DNA from: an uncultured Acidobacteriota bacterium
GTDB lineage: Bacteria; Acidobacteriota; Blastocatellia; RBC074
DNA: 64,000 bases
Reading direction: 5' to 3'
NCBI GenBank assembly: GCA_963796275.1
Contig: CAWCKY010000001.1
Location: 704,001 to 768,000 of the forward strand
The notes below the pieces were generated by a model. That model did not search any database and was not told the DNA's origin. It saw only the letters and a list, made by a program, of their open reading frames with translations. The position numbers and the translations under genes are program-made. Below are positions 52,040 through 63,139 of this stretch, in pieces. Each line of letters begins with the position of its first letter. Within the stretch, counting starts at the first letter, position 1.

Positions 52040-54418
52040 TCACTTCTTTTTTCGCGTTTGCTTAGCAGGTGTGCTTACGCGGCGCTTTCTCATCTCGACC
52101 TGGGTCTCGGGTTCCGTGACGGTAACTCGGCGTTTTCTGGTGTGTAGATCAGATTGAGGATGAGGCGGAGGCGGTTCTTCAATCTCAATCGATAATTTAT
52201 TGCCCCGGTCCAATAAACTTTGCGGTTCAACCAATAATTTCGAGGGCATCGATAATTTCAGGTCAGAATCGACAACCGGTAATACGGCAGGTATTGGAGG
52301 AGGAGGGGTGCTTGGAAGAGGGCCGACATTCTTAGATGGATCGGCCTTCTTATCCAACGGTTTAATGCTGGCCAGGACTGCGGCGAGACCTGCGCCGGAT
52401 GTATCACCGCCTGATAGCCTTTCGTCCAGCCCATCGAGCGATCCATGAACCTTACGATAAATGCCTTCGATTACGGTCCGATCGACATCGATGCTCGATT
52501 TCGTCGAGGGCGGTTCGTATGCGGCGATGTATAAATCCAGAGCCTCACGCAGCTCTCCCTCGGCTTCACGGGCCAAAGCCAGATGCTTGATGGCTCGTTT
52601 ACTTTCAGGGAGGGACCCATAAGCCTTTACCGCTTCGCTCAGAACGCCGATCGCTTCCTGGTTTCGTTCGGATTTGAACAAAGCCCAGCCCTTCGCATCG
52701 AGAGCACGCCCGCGAAATATCATGAGGCGGCCTTCTCGGTCGTAATTCGGATAATCTCGCAACGAGCCTTCAAACTCCGTAGCCGCATCGGCCATACTGA
52801 TGGCGCGATCGGCAAGTTCGATCGCGGTGCCCGTCGCGATACCTGCATTGGCGAGTTGTTGCGCGATGTGGAGAGTGCGGAACGGGCGGCGCATCCTCTC
52901 CGATTCGATGAAATCTGTGGCGGCCCGGTCCAGCTCTAGAAGATAACTTCGCCTGATATTCAGATCGGTTTTGGCTCTACCGGGGCGAATCGGCGCCCTG
53001 GACTTCATCGCGCGAAGAGCGCTATTGAAACGCACCATAGATTCGATCATCTTGAACTGTTCCGCCGTGGTCGGCGGGTCGGCCAGAAAGATCGACGCTT
53101 GATGTTCGCGCGATAACAATTCCCTCAAACTCTCCGCCTGGATTTCCAATACTCCGCCCAACCTCGCCGTGAATTGTTTCTGAGTCGAATAACTGAATGC
53201 TTTGGCGAATTGATCCTGCGCGCCTTCAAAATCTTCGACCGCCAGATAGAGTTTTCCGATCGTGAAGAAAAGGGTCGGGAAACCGGCATATTGCCGTGCA
53301 GCCAGCAGGTTTCGTTCGGCATCGAAAAACTTGCCTTCAACGATATCCACTTCCGCCGCGGCTATGCGCGCCCAGGCGTAACGCGGTTCGATCCCGAGAG
53401 CGGCATCGGCGGCCGCTCTCGCCTGTTTCACCTTTCCCTGTTCGATGTAATAAAACGCCAGCTGGGTTTGCAGATAATTGTCCTTGGTGATCTCATCCGG
53501 CGCCCCGCGCAGCTTACTAACCTGATCAAGCGTAGCAGTTGCCTTTGACTCGTCGCCCTGCGCCAGATACGTCAAAGCCATCCCTTTGTATGACGGCAGG
53601 TGTTTTGGGTCTATTTCCAACTGTTTTTTGTAAAGATTGATGGCGTCGGAATATGCGCCGTGTGCGCGGTAGAGGTTAGCCAGATCGTAGTAGCACCTGT
53701 TGTCGTTCGGATCGATCTTGATCGCGTGTTGAATCTCGGCTATTGCGTCATCGAGGCGCAATCCGATGCGATAGGCAGCGCCCAGCAGGCGATGCAGCCC
53801 GGCCTCGCTGCTCAGTCGTACTGCGGTTTCGAGCGCTCTTATAGCATCGACCGGGGCTTCAATGGTCATATAGAATTCGCCCAGCCCTCCGAGACGCCGC
53901 GGGTCCTCGGCAAATCGTTTTTCCAGCTGGCGCGTCAGATCGATTGCTTCTATGCGATACCCGCGGACGGAGACGGCTTGCGGCATACGCATGATTGTCT
54001 CGATGAAAAATCGGTCGGAAACATTTCCCGGTATTGCATCAATAGCTTTGCGAAATCCGGCCACCGCTTTCTCGATGTTATTTTCGCGGAGTTGGACCTC
54101 TGCCAGCTGGGCGTATGTCCTCACGACGGCATCGCGAGCAGCCTGAATTTTTGCGGGCTCATTGCTCGATTGAATAAATTGTTGCAGGGCCTCGAGGCGC
54201 GCCGCCGGGTCTTCAATGGCCAGCGCCGCTTCGATTGTGCCGGGAGGAAGTGGTGTTGATTGCGGTTGCGCGGCTGCCGTTATACCTAACAGGATCAGGC
54301 TGAAAAATACGAAGAAGCAAGAAGGACAAAAAGATACGAAACGGAGCAACAGGGCAGAAACGGCAAATATCCCGCGATTTTTGCTCTTTTTGCCTGTTTT
54401 TGTCCTTTTTGCTTCCAT
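52040..54418 (-). CDS. Secreted tetratricopeptide-repeat protein
   Basis: Signal peptide ending AAA|QP, multiple TPR helices (e.g. YYDLANLYRAHG.YSDAI..YKKQLEIDP), and a Pro-rich/basic tail. Confidence 0.8.
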   Translation of the reverse strand: MEAKRTKTGKKSKNRGIFAVSALLLRFVSFCPSCFFVFFSLILLGITAAAQPQSTPLPPGTIEAALAIEDPAARLEALQQFIQSSNEPAKIQAARDAVVRTYAQLAEVQLRENNIEKAVAGFRKAIDAIPGNVSDRFFIETIMRMPQAVSVRGYRIEAIDLTRQLEKRFAEDPRRLGGLGEFYMTIEAPVDAIRALETAVRLSSEAGLHRLLGAAYRIGLRLDDAIAEIQHAIKIDPNDNRCYYDLANLYRAHGAYSDAINLYKKQLEIDPKHLPSYKGMALTYLAQGDESKATATLDQVSKLRGAPDEITKDNYLQTQLAFYYIEQGKVKQARAAADAALGIEPRYAWARIAAAEVDIVEGKFFDAERNLLAARQYAGFPTLFFTIGKLYLAVEDFEGAQDQFAKAFSYSTQKQFTARLGGVLEIQAESLRELLSREHQASIFLADPPTTAEQFKMIESMVRFNSALRAMKSRAPIRPGRAKTDLNIRRSYLLELDRAATDFIESERMRRPFRTLHIAQQLANAGIATGTAIELADRAISMADAATEFEGSLRDYPNYDREGRLMIFRGRALDAKGWALFKSERNQEAIGVLSEAVKAYGSLPESKRAIKHLALAREAEGELREALDLYIAAYEPPSTKSSIDVDRTVIEGIYRKVHGSLDGLDERLSGGDTSGAGLAAVLASIKPLDKKADPSKNVGPLPSTPPPPIPAVLPVVDSDLKLSMPSKLLVEPQSLLDRGNKLSIEIEEPPPPHPQSDLHTRKRRVTVTEPETQVEMRKRRVSTPAKQTRKKK

Positions 54419-54421
54419 AAC

Positions 54422-55280
54422 TCAGAATGCCAGGTTTCTCAGATAATCGTGACTGATCTTAATACTATCGAACGGAAGATCCGGGACACCGGTCCTGTTC
54501 AACGATGTAATATTTTACCCCGGCGCTCTTGCTCTGCGCGAAAATATCTTTGAAATTGATGGTGCCGCGCCCTACTTCAGTGAAGGACTGGTTGGGCGTG
54601 TTATCCATGTCTTTGACGTGGAAGGCGATAACTCGTCCCGGATATTTTTTCATGTAAGCTAGGGCGTCCTGATTTCCTTTCTTGATCCAGTAAAGGTCCA
54701 ATTCTATCTTCACCAGGTTCTTGTCGGTTTCCGCCAGTAACACATCGAGCGGCACCTGGCCATCGATCGGAATGAATTCGAAATCGTGATTGTGATATCC
54801 AAATTCGATCCCGGCCTGCTTGCATGCAGCCGCGGCTTTGTTGAATGTCTCGGCATGGCGCTTGTAATCGTCAATGGTTTTACGGTCATCCGGATTGAGG
54901 TAGGGACAGACTATAAGTTTATGACCGATCACTTTTGCCGCATCGATAGAAGCATCAAGCTTCATGCGGAGATCTGCCAGCGAAACGTGAGCGGATGGCG
55001 CTTCCAGTCCGTGGCGAACGAGAATCTCCTTGACTTGTTGTGGGGTGCGATCGTAATAGCCTGCGAATTCTACCTGGTCGTAACCGATGGCTGCGATCTT
55101 TTGCAGCGATCCCTCGAAGTCTTTACCCATCTCGCTGCGAAGCGTGTAGAGCTGCACACCGATTTTCCCGAGTTTGGTGGTGGTGAAAGTGTTGAAATAA
55201 GGTGATTCGAAATGGGCCATTGCCAGTGCCCCAAGCGTGCCTTTGCCAGAGGTGTAGAGGAATGATCTACGGTTTATCAT
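54422..55280 (-). pseudogene. Sugar phosphate isomerase/epimerase (TIM barrel, Tat-exported) with one-base frameshift near the 3' end
   Basis: NRRSFL Tat motif, GVQLYTLR, YHNHDFEF, ELDLYW, HVKD and VEQD. After CPGS an extra base near 54477 moves the expected PFDSIKISHDYLRNLAF* (stop at 54422) out of frame. Could be an assembly error. Confidence 0.8.
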
Positions 55281-55806
55281 ATTCGTTTCTCCGATGATTA
55301 GATTGATTGTTGGGTAATCGTATCTATATTATCCGATTGTTCTATCCATCTATACAAGTTATATCCAATTGTAAACTCGGAGCAGAACTGGCTGAGTCCA
55401 TAGATAATTTATCGGAGGAGGGATTTCTTTTACGGGCGCGCCTTAAGCAAAATTATAAGCTGATTGAGTTTAACCTGAATTTTTCACGCTGTTGATTCGA
55501 TTTCATCCAATCTCCTTCCTTCAAAGTATTTCCCGCTACTATTATTTTAATAAAAAATAAATCTTAAAGGATATTATCTATCCTGGCGAAGGGACAGATG
55601 CAAGGCATTTCGGGGTTTCTTTTGCCAGATTGTGGAGATCTTCAAAAAAGATATTCGTCATTGGTCAACTTTCGGTCAATCCTTTGTCATTTAAGCGAGG
55701 CGCAAAAGTCCTTTATGGGTGATTTCTGTGAAATGAAACCCCATGGTAAGAGGCAGCTGAGGCGAGTCAAATTTGAATAAAAATGTAGACGATTTTAACG
55801 TCGGAT

Positions 55807-58260
55807 TTACATTAGGTTCACCGGATCTACCTCAATCGTTATCATCCTCAAATCACGTCCCGCCTCCTTAAGATCCGACATTGCCGCATCCAGCGCCTCG
55901 CGCGCCTGCCGCCGGTACCGAGTTTTGATCAGTACCTGCAACCTATGTTCGCCTTTCAACCTCGCGATCGGCGCGGGCGCCGGGCCCAGAACTTTTAACA
56001 CCTTCTCGGTATCGGCTGCCCTGATCGATCCGGCCAGGTCGGAAGCCAGACTTGCCGCTTTGGCGAATTCCGTGTGTTTGACCAGGACATTTATCAAAGC
56101 CACGAATGGGGGATAGCGCATATTGCGGCGAAAATTGATTTCGTGCTCGTAAAATCCCTCGTAGTTCTGATCGCGCGCATACTCGAGCGCGTAATGCTCG
56201 GTGTAGTAACTTTGAATTATCACGCGGCCGGCCTTCTCTCCTCGCCCGGCTCGTCCGGCGACCTGGGTCAGCAATTGAAAAGTACGCTCAGCGGAGCGGA
56301 AATCAGGCATTCCCAGCCCCGCATCGACGGAGATAACGCAAACCAGGGTGACATTATGAAAGTCGTGCCCTTTCGCTATCATCTGGGTGCCGACCATAAG
56401 GTCTATGTCCCCGCTCGCAAATTCATTGAGCAGTTTTTCAAAGGTTCCGCGGCGGCGAGTCGTATCCCGATCCAGACGCGAGACGCGCAATTGCGGGAAC
56501 ATCTCTTTTAACAGGGTCTCGATCTGCTCAGTGCCTTCGCCCATATAGTAGATGAATGGTCCTTCGCAATCCGGGCAAGTGCGCGGCACGCGCTCCTGAT
56601 GGTTGCAGTAGTGGCAAATCAGACGCGCTTCGCTCTTGTGGTAGGTCAGCGTGACGTCGCAATTCGGACAGCGCGCCGTGTGTCCGCAGCTCCGGCAGAG
56701 CGTAAATGACGAAAAACCGCGGCGGTTGAGCAGGACGAGCGTCTGTTCCCTCCGCTCGTGGTTCTCCATGATTGCTTCTTTCATCTCGTCCGAGAAGACC
56801 TGCTGTTTGCCGTGCCGAGTGAAAACTTCGCGCTGGTCTACCACCTCGACGCGAGCCAGCCGGCGTCCGCCGAACCGTTCGTCAAGTCTGATATAGCGGT
56901 ATTTGTCGGTCTGAGCGTTGTGAAATGATTCCATCGAAGGAGTGGCGCTGCCCAGGATCACAACAGCCTGAGCGCGGCTCGCGCGCAGAATCGCCGTGTC
57001 GCGCCCGTGATAACGCGGAGACTCGTCCTGCCTGTATGAGGCTTCGTGCTCTTCATCTACGACTATCAGGCCGAGATTTTCCAACGGAGCGAAGATGGCA
57101 GACCGCGCACCGATGCAGACGCGCGCGTCGCCCTGCCGTATGCGGTTCCATTCGTCCAAGCGCTCACCGTCGGAAAGCGATGAGTGAAGAATTGCGACCG
57201 CATCTCCGAAGTTCGCGCGCAATCGGCGGGCGAACATAGGCGTCAGTGAAATCTCGGGAACCAGCATCAAAGAGCTCTTGCCTTTGTCGATCGCCGCCCG
57301 CATCGCCCGCAGATATATTTCGGTTTTGCCGCTGCCCGTTACGCCGTGCAGCAAAAACGCCGCGTATTCACGCTCATTGAGTTTTTCGACGATTTGATCG
57401 AGGGCGGATTGTTGTTTGGGGGTGAGCACTATGCCATCCCGGCTGGGTTGTCCCTTTAAATGCCCGAGCGGATTGCGCCGTACCTCGCGCGTGAAGACCT
57501 CGACGAAACCGCGTTTTTCAAGCGTGCGAATTACCGAGGGCGCGACATCCGCCATCTCCGCGAGCTGCGCGAATGCGATCGGTTCGGGCGAGTCGAACAG
57601 AATCTTTACGATCTTCTCCTGTTTTTCGTTGAGCGGCTTGCTGCCTTCGATCGGCGCACGCTCGATCAATCTGACGGCCTGCTGCCGCTTCGGTTTGACC
57701 TGCGCCGACAACATTTGGCGCGTCACCGTGACATACCCGGATCGTTCGAGTTCTCGGATCAGGGCCGTTGCGCGAGCTTTATCGAATTGTTTGCCCAGGG
57801 CGCTCGAAGTGATCATCCCTTCGTCTGCGATAGCTGCCAGCGCCTGCATTTTCGATGATTTCGATCGCTTCGCAGAGGAGAGCGCGTGCCGCCCCTCTTC
57901 AGTGACCGAGACGATCGTTTCAACCTCTGCGTTGATGCCTGCGGGCAGACACGATTTCATTACTTCACCCCACGGGGCATAGTAATAATCGGCGATCCAT
58001 TTCGTAAGATCCAGCAGTTCGGGCGTGACGAGCGGTACCGTGTCGAAAAGCTCCTCGACATCCTTGATCTCATGATCCTCCGGGTTCTGCCCCGCCACTT
58101 CGAGCGATTCAAAAACGTCGACGATATAGCCCGTAATCAATTGTTTTCCGAACGGAACGAGGACGCGACACCCGGGTTTGGCGCTCGCCCCGAAGCTTTC
58201 GGGCAGACGGTACGTGAAGGTCTGGTGAAGATTCAGTGGGATGGCGACTTCGGCAAACAT
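55807..58260 (-). CDS. priA: Primosomal protein N' (replication restart helicase)
   Basis: [42 protein letters not shown], four CxxC motifs and [11 protein letters not shown]. Confidence 0.98.
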   Translation of the reverse strand: MFAEVAIPLNLHQTFTYRLPESFGASAKPGCRVLVPFGKQLITGYIVDVFESLEVAGQNPEDHEIKDVEELFDTVPLVTPELLDLTKWIADYYYAPWGEVMKSCLPAGINAEVETIVSVTEEGRHALSSAKRSKSSKMQALAAIADEGMITSSALGKQFDKARATALIRELERSGYVTVTRQMLSAQVKPKRQQAVRLIERAPIEGSKPLNEKQEKIVKILFDSPEPIAFAQLAEMADVAPSVIRTLEKRGFVEVFTREVRRNPLGHLKGQPSRDGIVLTPKQQSALDQIVEKLNEREYAAFLLHGVTGSGKTEIYLRAMRAAIDKGKSSLMLVPEISLTPMFARRLRANFGDAVAILHSSLSDGERLDEWNRIRQGDARVCIGARSAIFAPLENLGLIVVDEEHEASYRQDESPRYHGRDTAILRASRAQAVVILGSATPSMESFHNAQTDKYRYIRLDERFGGRRLARVEVVDQREVFTRHGKQQVFSDEMKEAIMENHERREQTLVLLNRRGFSSFTLCRSCGHTARCPNCDVTLTYHKSEARLICHYCNHQERVPRTCPDCEGPFIYYMGEGTEQIETLLKEMFPQLRVSRLDRDTTRRRGTFEKLLNEFASGDIDLMVGTQMIAKGHDFHNVTLVCVISVDAGLGMPDFRSAERTFQLLTQVAGRAGRGEKAGRVIIQSYYTEHYALEYARDQNYEGFYEHEINFRRNMRYPPFVALINVLVKHTEFAKAASLASDLAGSIRAADTEKVLKVLGPAPAPIARLKGEHRLQVLIKTRYRRQAREALDAAMSDLKEAGRDLRMITIEVDPVNLM

Positions 58261-60312
58261 CTATTTAGCAACCTGATAAACGCGGTATCCCCCGTGATCG
58301 ATCGCGAGCGGATATCTTTGCGCAAAGTAATTCTCATCGGCGAAAAGTTGTGACCGTTCGACCGGGCCGATAACGACGTAGGCGACATTAAAGCGCGAGA
58401 GAAATTCAGAGGTCTCCAGTCCGCCGCGATATGCCGATAATACTTCGGCCTCTCGCTGCCTGTAATTGATCCCGTGCGTCCACAGATGGCCGGGATATCC
58501 CATAATCGATTGACGGCCAGATAATGCCGCGACCGAGTTGTGGATTGGCGCGTGCAGAATTACCGAGCGAGGCGGCGTCTTTTCGCGCAAGATTGAGGCC
58601 AATTCCAGCTCTTCCTTACCAAAGAGCCTGATATTTTCGGCAGGCGACAATGCGCGCACCACATCCAGCCCGCCCGCAAGCGTCAATGCTATGAATATCA
58701 GCGTGGCGGGCAAAACCGCGAATCGCCGCGTAAACAGATAAGACAGCATAATCGCGACCAGCGGGCATGAGGCGAGCGACCAGTAGATCAGCACTTTGAT
58801 GTTGTCCCACGGCCAGGGCGCCAGCGAGAGCACATTGGGGACGAGGAACCAGAGTAAAAATGGCAGATAAAAACGCTTCAGCCTCGGTTCGATAGATTTG
58901 TATGTCAACAATGCTGCGATTAATAATGCGAGAAATATCCCGGCATTAACGCTCCAAAAAGTGAGGAGGCTCGATTCTCCGGCCTCTTTCCACAATTCAA
59001 ATTTGAACAAGGAGTCTCTGACCGGCGTCCCTTTCAGCCACCACATCTGCGGAGCGGCGAGCGCAACAACCGGCGCATAGAATGCAATCCACTTCCGCGA
59101 GGGGAACAACAAAACCACGGGCAAGCTCGCGATCATCACGGCAAAAAAGCCGTGCGTGTGCAACATCGGTAAGATGCCTGCCAGAATACCTGCGGACAGG
59201 AGATAAGGTGACGGTGGGATTAAGCGATTGAGCGATGCGGTTATCAAACCTCCTTGTCCTTCTGTTCCTTTATCAACCTGACTTCTTTTCGCTCCATCGC
59301 CCCGCAACCCCGTCCAGCCATCGCCTTTCCCTTTGCTTTCCCCGACCGCCATCCACCAGAGCGTGATGATAATTGCGGCAATGGGCAATCCGAATAGCAT
59401 AGATCGCTGAGGAATCAGCAGTGTCGTGAAGACATTACCCCAACGCAGTGGGATTTTTCCTTCCGGAGAAGCCGACAATATCAGATCGGCGTTCATCGTA
59501 TACGTTTTCGGCAAGTGTCCGAAAAAACTGACTAAACCATATTTCAACTGATTCGGATCTTTCCAAAATGCGGCGAGATCGTGAAAGAAGTTGATGAAGC
59601 CGAGGCCGCCATTGAAGAGAAATACCGCCGGAGCGAGACGGGCCGCCAGTTTGTTGCCCGTTAGCCTCAGCGTCATCGAATCGATCAAACCGACCAGAGA
59701 GAGCGATAGCACGAAGTTTTCGATGAAAAATGCCGTGCGCCAATCGGCTCCGCAACGCATGAAGAAAGCAGTCAGAAAATCGACCAGGAAAGGATAAGTA
59801 AACTTCGTCCCCGCGAAGATTGGATTCTGAGGCGGCAGGTTCTCTCCGTATGCGAATGATGTGACGACGCTCAAATGAAATGGCAGATCGCCGTAGTTAT
59901 TTGCCGGCGCCGTGTGTATCCCGCCGGGATAGAGCATCAAAACTCGCCCGAAAAGCCATGCCAGCAAAACGGCCCACCCGGCATAATAGATGACACCCGT
60001 TTTTGACAAACCGATCGAATCTGATTCATCGCGGATACGCCTGGGCGAAATCAGTCGAAGTAGAATAATCAGGCCAATTACAAGAACTGAAGACGTCAGT
60101 ACGATCGTGGTTGTGTTCAATCCGATCGCAAGTGAAATGAGGAATGAGGTCCAGGTTAGTGCGGCTAACCCTATCACTGAGCCTGCGCAAAGGCGTGCAG
60201 TCAAAGTTATTCGATCGGTCACCTGAAAGGTCAACAAAATTCCGTTCGCAATGGCGATCAGCGTGATGATGATGACGATTATTGTACCCATCAGAATCTG
60301 TATATCGGTCAA
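58261..60312 (-). CDS. Polytopic membrane protein, probable GT-C fold glycosyltransferase-like
   Basis: Many TM segments, periplasmic YGDLPFH and YPFLVDF motifs, and C-terminal soluble domain GRQ..MGYPGHLWTHG. Stop abuts the priA start. Confidence 0.6.
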   Translation of the reverse strand: MTDIQILMGTIIVIIITLIAIANGILLTFQVTDRITLTARLCAGSVIGLAALTWTSFLISLAIGLNTTTIVLTSSVLVIGLIILLRLISPRRIRDESDSIGLSKTGVIYYAGWAVLLAWLFGRVLMLYPGGIHTAPANNYGDLPFHLSVVTSFAYGENLPPQNPIFAGTKFTYPFLVDFLTAFFMRCGADWRTAFFIENFVLSLSLVGLIDSMTLRLTGNKLAARLAPAVFLFNGGLGFINFFHDLAAFWKDPNQLKYGLVSFFGHLPKTYTMNADLILSASPEGKIPLRWGNVFTTLLIPQRSMLFGLPIAAIIITLWWMAVGESKGKGDGWTGLRGDGAKRSQVDKGTEGQGGLITASLNRLIPPSPYLLSAGILAGILPMLHTHGFFAVMIASLPVVLLFPSRKWIAFYAPVVALAAPQMWWLKGTPVRDSLFKFELWKEAGESSLLTFWSVNAGIFLALLIAALLTYKSIEPRLKRFYLPFLLWFLVPNVLSLAPWPWDNIKVLIYWSLASCPLVAIMLSYLFTRRFAVLPATLIFIALTLAGGLDVVRALSPAENIRLFGKEELELASILREKTPPRSVILHAPIHNSVAALSGRQSIMGYPGHLWTHGINYRQREAEVLSAYRGGLETSEFLSRFNVAYVVIGPVERSQLFADENYFAQRYPLAIDHGGYRVYQVAK

Positions 60313-60349
60313 GAGCAGATTTCACAAGTGCATATCCCTCATCCCCATC

Positions 60350-60379
60350 TTGACCACTCATACGCGCGGCTCTTATAGT
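60350..60379 (+). promoter_or_regulatory. Sigma-70-type promoter of ribA
   Basis: TTGACC (60350-60355), 18 bp spacer, TATAGT (60374-60379). Confidence 0.5.
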
Positions 60380-60444
60380 TATCGAGAATTGTGTGATACC
60401 AGCGCAACATCGGTTTTTGAAAAGTAGTTAATGAAGGAGTAAAA

Positions 60445-61092
60445 GTGATCGATTCTCAGAATGATGTAATAAACCGAGCAACAGCAGGTTTCACGATCAG
60501 GAAAGAAGCCGAAGCAAATCTACCGACCGAATTTGGTCCTTTCCGAATCGTCGGATTTCGCAGTACGACCAGTGACGAAGAGTTCGTCGCATTGGTCAAA
60601 GGTGAAATCAAACCTGAAAATCCTATACTAGTTCGTATTCATTCACAGTGCCTGACAGGCGACGTATTTCACTCGTTGAAGTGCGACTGTGGGCCCCAGC
60701 TCGAACGGGCTATGGAGATGGTGCAGGAGGAGGGAAGCGGCATCATCGTATACCAGCAGCAGGAAGGTCGAGGCATAGGGATAGTCAATAAGATCCGCGC
60801 TTATGCCTTGCAGGATCAAGGCGCGGATACCATCGAGGCGAATCTACAGCTGGGGTTCGGCATCGATGAACGCGAATACAACCAATGTGCAGAGGTGATC
60901 AAGCTTCTGGGCGCGCGGCGATTGCGGCTGATGTCGAATAATCCCGATAAACTCCGCTCTCTCAGGGACGCCGGTCTCGAGGTCGTCGAGCGCGTCCCCC
61001 TGGAAGTCAAGGCGAAGGAACCTGCATTCAAATATCTGCTCACCAAGAAGGAGAAGATGGGGCATCTATTGCGATTGAACGGAATTTTTTAA
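60445..61092 (+). CDS. ribA: GTP cyclohydrolase II
   Basis: [52 protein letters not shown] and YL.TK..KMGH. SD AAGGAG. Confidence 0.96.
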   Translation: MIDSQNDVINRATAGFTIRKEAEANLPTEFGPFRIVGFRSTTSDEEFVALVKGEIKPENPILVRIHSQCLTGDVFHSLKCDCGPQLERAMEMVQEEGSGIIVYQQQEGRGIGIVNKIRAYALQDQGADTIEANLQLGFGIDEREYNQCAEVIKLLGARRLRLMSNNPDKLRSLRDAGLEVVERVPLEVKAKEPAFKYLLTKKEKMGHLLRLNGIF

Positions 61093-61093
61093 A

Positions 61094-61199
61094 TGCGGGG
61101 GGATTCACCACGAAATCTCCAGAAGTACGAAAGATACAAAGATACTTTTCTTTATTATTTACTTGGTGTTTTTGTCCCGGTTTTGGGGATTACTCCGCA
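61094..61199. repeat. A-rich/T-rich degenerate palindrome between convergent ribA and maf
   Basis: Ends TGCGG../..CCGCA, with an A-rich left arm and T-rich right arm. Confidence 0.45.
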
Positions 61200-61200
61200 A

Positions 61201-61743
61201 TCAGTATTCTTGCAGCATCCGATAAACCATATGCACGGGCAATCCGACGACATTCGAATAACTGCCTTCTATGCATTCGACGAAACGGGATGCGTAGCCT
61301 TGAATGCCGTAAGCTCCAGCTTTGTCCATGGGCTCTCCCGTCGAGATATACCAATCGATTTCAGATTCGCTCATTTCTGTGAATTTGACGCGGGTGATCG
61401 AGACCTCGGACTGAATTTTACCTTCACGTAGCAGCGAGACGGCGGTCAAGACGTCATGCCATTTTCCGTTCAAAGCCTTGAGCATTCGCCGCGCATCTTC
61501 GGTGTTAACCGGTTTTCCTGCGATATCGCCATCTATAACAACAATTGTATCTGCGCCGAGCACCAACACGTCATTCCCGGCGACGGCCATGGCTTTCGCG
61601 CGCGATAAGCGCAGCACATAATCGAGCGGAGACTCGCCCGTCAGTACGGCCTCGTCAACGTCAGAGATTCGAACCGTAAATTCGATCCCGGCAGTGCGGA
61701 GCAGTTCGGCGCGGCGTGGAGAGCCGGAAGCAAGAATTAGCAT
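61201..61743 (-). CDS. maf: Maf family nucleoside triphosphate pyrophosphatase (YhdE-like)
   Basis: [38 protein letters not shown] and NVVGLP. Confidence 0.95.
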   Translation of the reverse strand: MLILASGSPRRAELLRTAGIEFTVRISDVDEAVLTGESPLDYVLRLSRAKAMAVAGNDVLVLGADTIVVIDGDIAGKPVNTEDARRMLKALNGKWHDVLTAVSLLREGKIQSEVSITRVKFTEMSESEIDWYISTGEPMDKAGAYGIQGYASRFVECIEGSYSNVVGLPVHMVYRMLQEY

Positions 61744-61744
61744 T

Positions 61745-63139
61745 TTATTTAACGCGACTGGTTTTGCGTTTGATGAAATCCATCATCACATACTCACCCA
61801 GGCTGAGGCTGGTCGTGAAATATGCCTTTCCGTGCGCGATCTCGGTCATCGCCTTGACGAACTCTACCAGATAGTAATCGTCAGTCAGCATGAAAGTGTT
61901 GACGAGGATACCGGATCGCCGGCACTGGGCGGCCTCTGCCAGCGTCGCATCGACGATCATAGGATCGAGCCCCATCGAGTTTTTATATAACCTGCGGCCC
62001 GAACCGCTGTCGCTTCTTGCGCTTGAGCCCGATAAATTGTTGCGAAATGGATCGCCGTCGACGAACAATGCGGACGGTTTTCCATCAGTGATCATGATGA
62101 TTTGCCGCATGTCTTTGCGCTGCGACTGCAGGATGCGCCGCGCCAGCTTCAGGCCCTCGCAGGTGTTGGTGTGATACGGTCCGACCTGCACATTTGCCAG
62201 TTTCGCGAGCGGGACTTCCTCGGCTGAATCGTGGAAGAGAACCAGCCGCAGGCTGTCCCCCGGATACTGGGTTCGTATCAGATGCGATAGCGCCAGGGCC
62301 ACGCGCTTGGCCGGCGTGAACCGGTCCTCACCGTAAAGGATCATCGAGTGTGAGCAGTCGAGCATTACCACCGTTGCGCAGGACGATTGATACTCGGATT
62401 GATGGACCATGAGGTCGCGATAGTCTAAGTTGAGGGGAACTCCCAGACCTTCCCGGCCGATGGCGTTTAACAATGTTGCGGTGACATCGAGATTAAGCGT
62501 ATCGCCGAACTCATAATTCTTCGACGATTCGTAAGCCTCGACACCGGTCGCCAGATAATTAGTGTCGTGACGACCGAAAGAAGACTTTCCGAGGCTTCCC
62601 ATCAGGTTCTTGAGCGTCTTGTAGCCCAGAAAATCGATGCCCTTCTCCGTAATTTCAAACTTGATATTCGGCTTTTTGTAGTTTTCAGTCCGGCCCTTTT
62701 GCTGCTGCTCACGGGAACGCGCGCGGCGCGCTTCGCCGTCATTGTCGAACATCGATTCGATCTCGTCAGGGTCGCCCTGGATATTCAAGTAGCCTTCCTC
62801 GATCAATCGCCTGATCAACCGATCGATCAGCTCGTCGAGCCGTTCGTCGCGGGCATTTCCCTCTTCATCGAAGAGCTGGCTGCTCTGCTCTTCATCGAGC
62901 AGCCCGGAATTCCGCAGCGCCTCGCGAATCGCACGGCGCAGTGACTCGAGCGGGTCATCCGAATCGGAATCGTCGAATCGATCGTAATCCCAGTCCCGCG
63001 CCCACCGGCGATAGTGCTGTCGGAACTGATCCTCAAAGCCGCTCCGCAGCAGGTGATCGGTGAGGGCATCCATCAATTCTTCAAGGCTGATGTCATCCCA
63101 GCTCTGGCCGGTCCATTTTGAATATCTAGTGAAGCGCAT
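61745..63139 (-). CDS. VWA domain protein, partner of chelatase-like AAA+ ATPase
   Basis: MIDAS motif DCSHS, TNT..GL and ITDGKP; [10 protein letters not shown]. Confidence 0.88.
   Translation of the reverse strand: MRFTRYSKWTGQSWDDISLEELMDALTDHLLRSGFEDQFRQHYRRWARDWDYDRFDDSDSDDPLESLRRAIREALRNSGLLDEEQSSQLFDEEGNARDERLDELIDRLIRRLIEEGYLNIQGDPDEIESMFDNDGEARRARSREQQQKGRTENYKKPNIKFEITEKGIDFLGYKTLKNLMGSLGKSSFGRHDTNYLATGVEAYESSKNYEFGDTLNLDVTATLLNAIGREGLGVPLNLDYRDLMVHQSEYQSSCATVVMLDCSHSMILYGEDRFTPAKRVALALSHLIRTQYPGDSLRLVLFHDSAEEVPLAKLANVQVGPYHTNTCEGLKLARRILQSQRKDMRQIIMITDGKPSALFVDGDPFRNNLSGSSARSDSGSGRRLYKNSMGLDPMIVDATLAEAAQCRRSGILVNTFMLTDDYYLVEFVKAMTEIAHGKAYFTTSLSLGEYVMMDFIKRKTSRVK

Noticed and set aside
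60313-60444. FMN riboswitch upstream of ribA
   Set aside because: The leader after the predicted promoter is too short and lacks the conserved FMN aptamer motifs.
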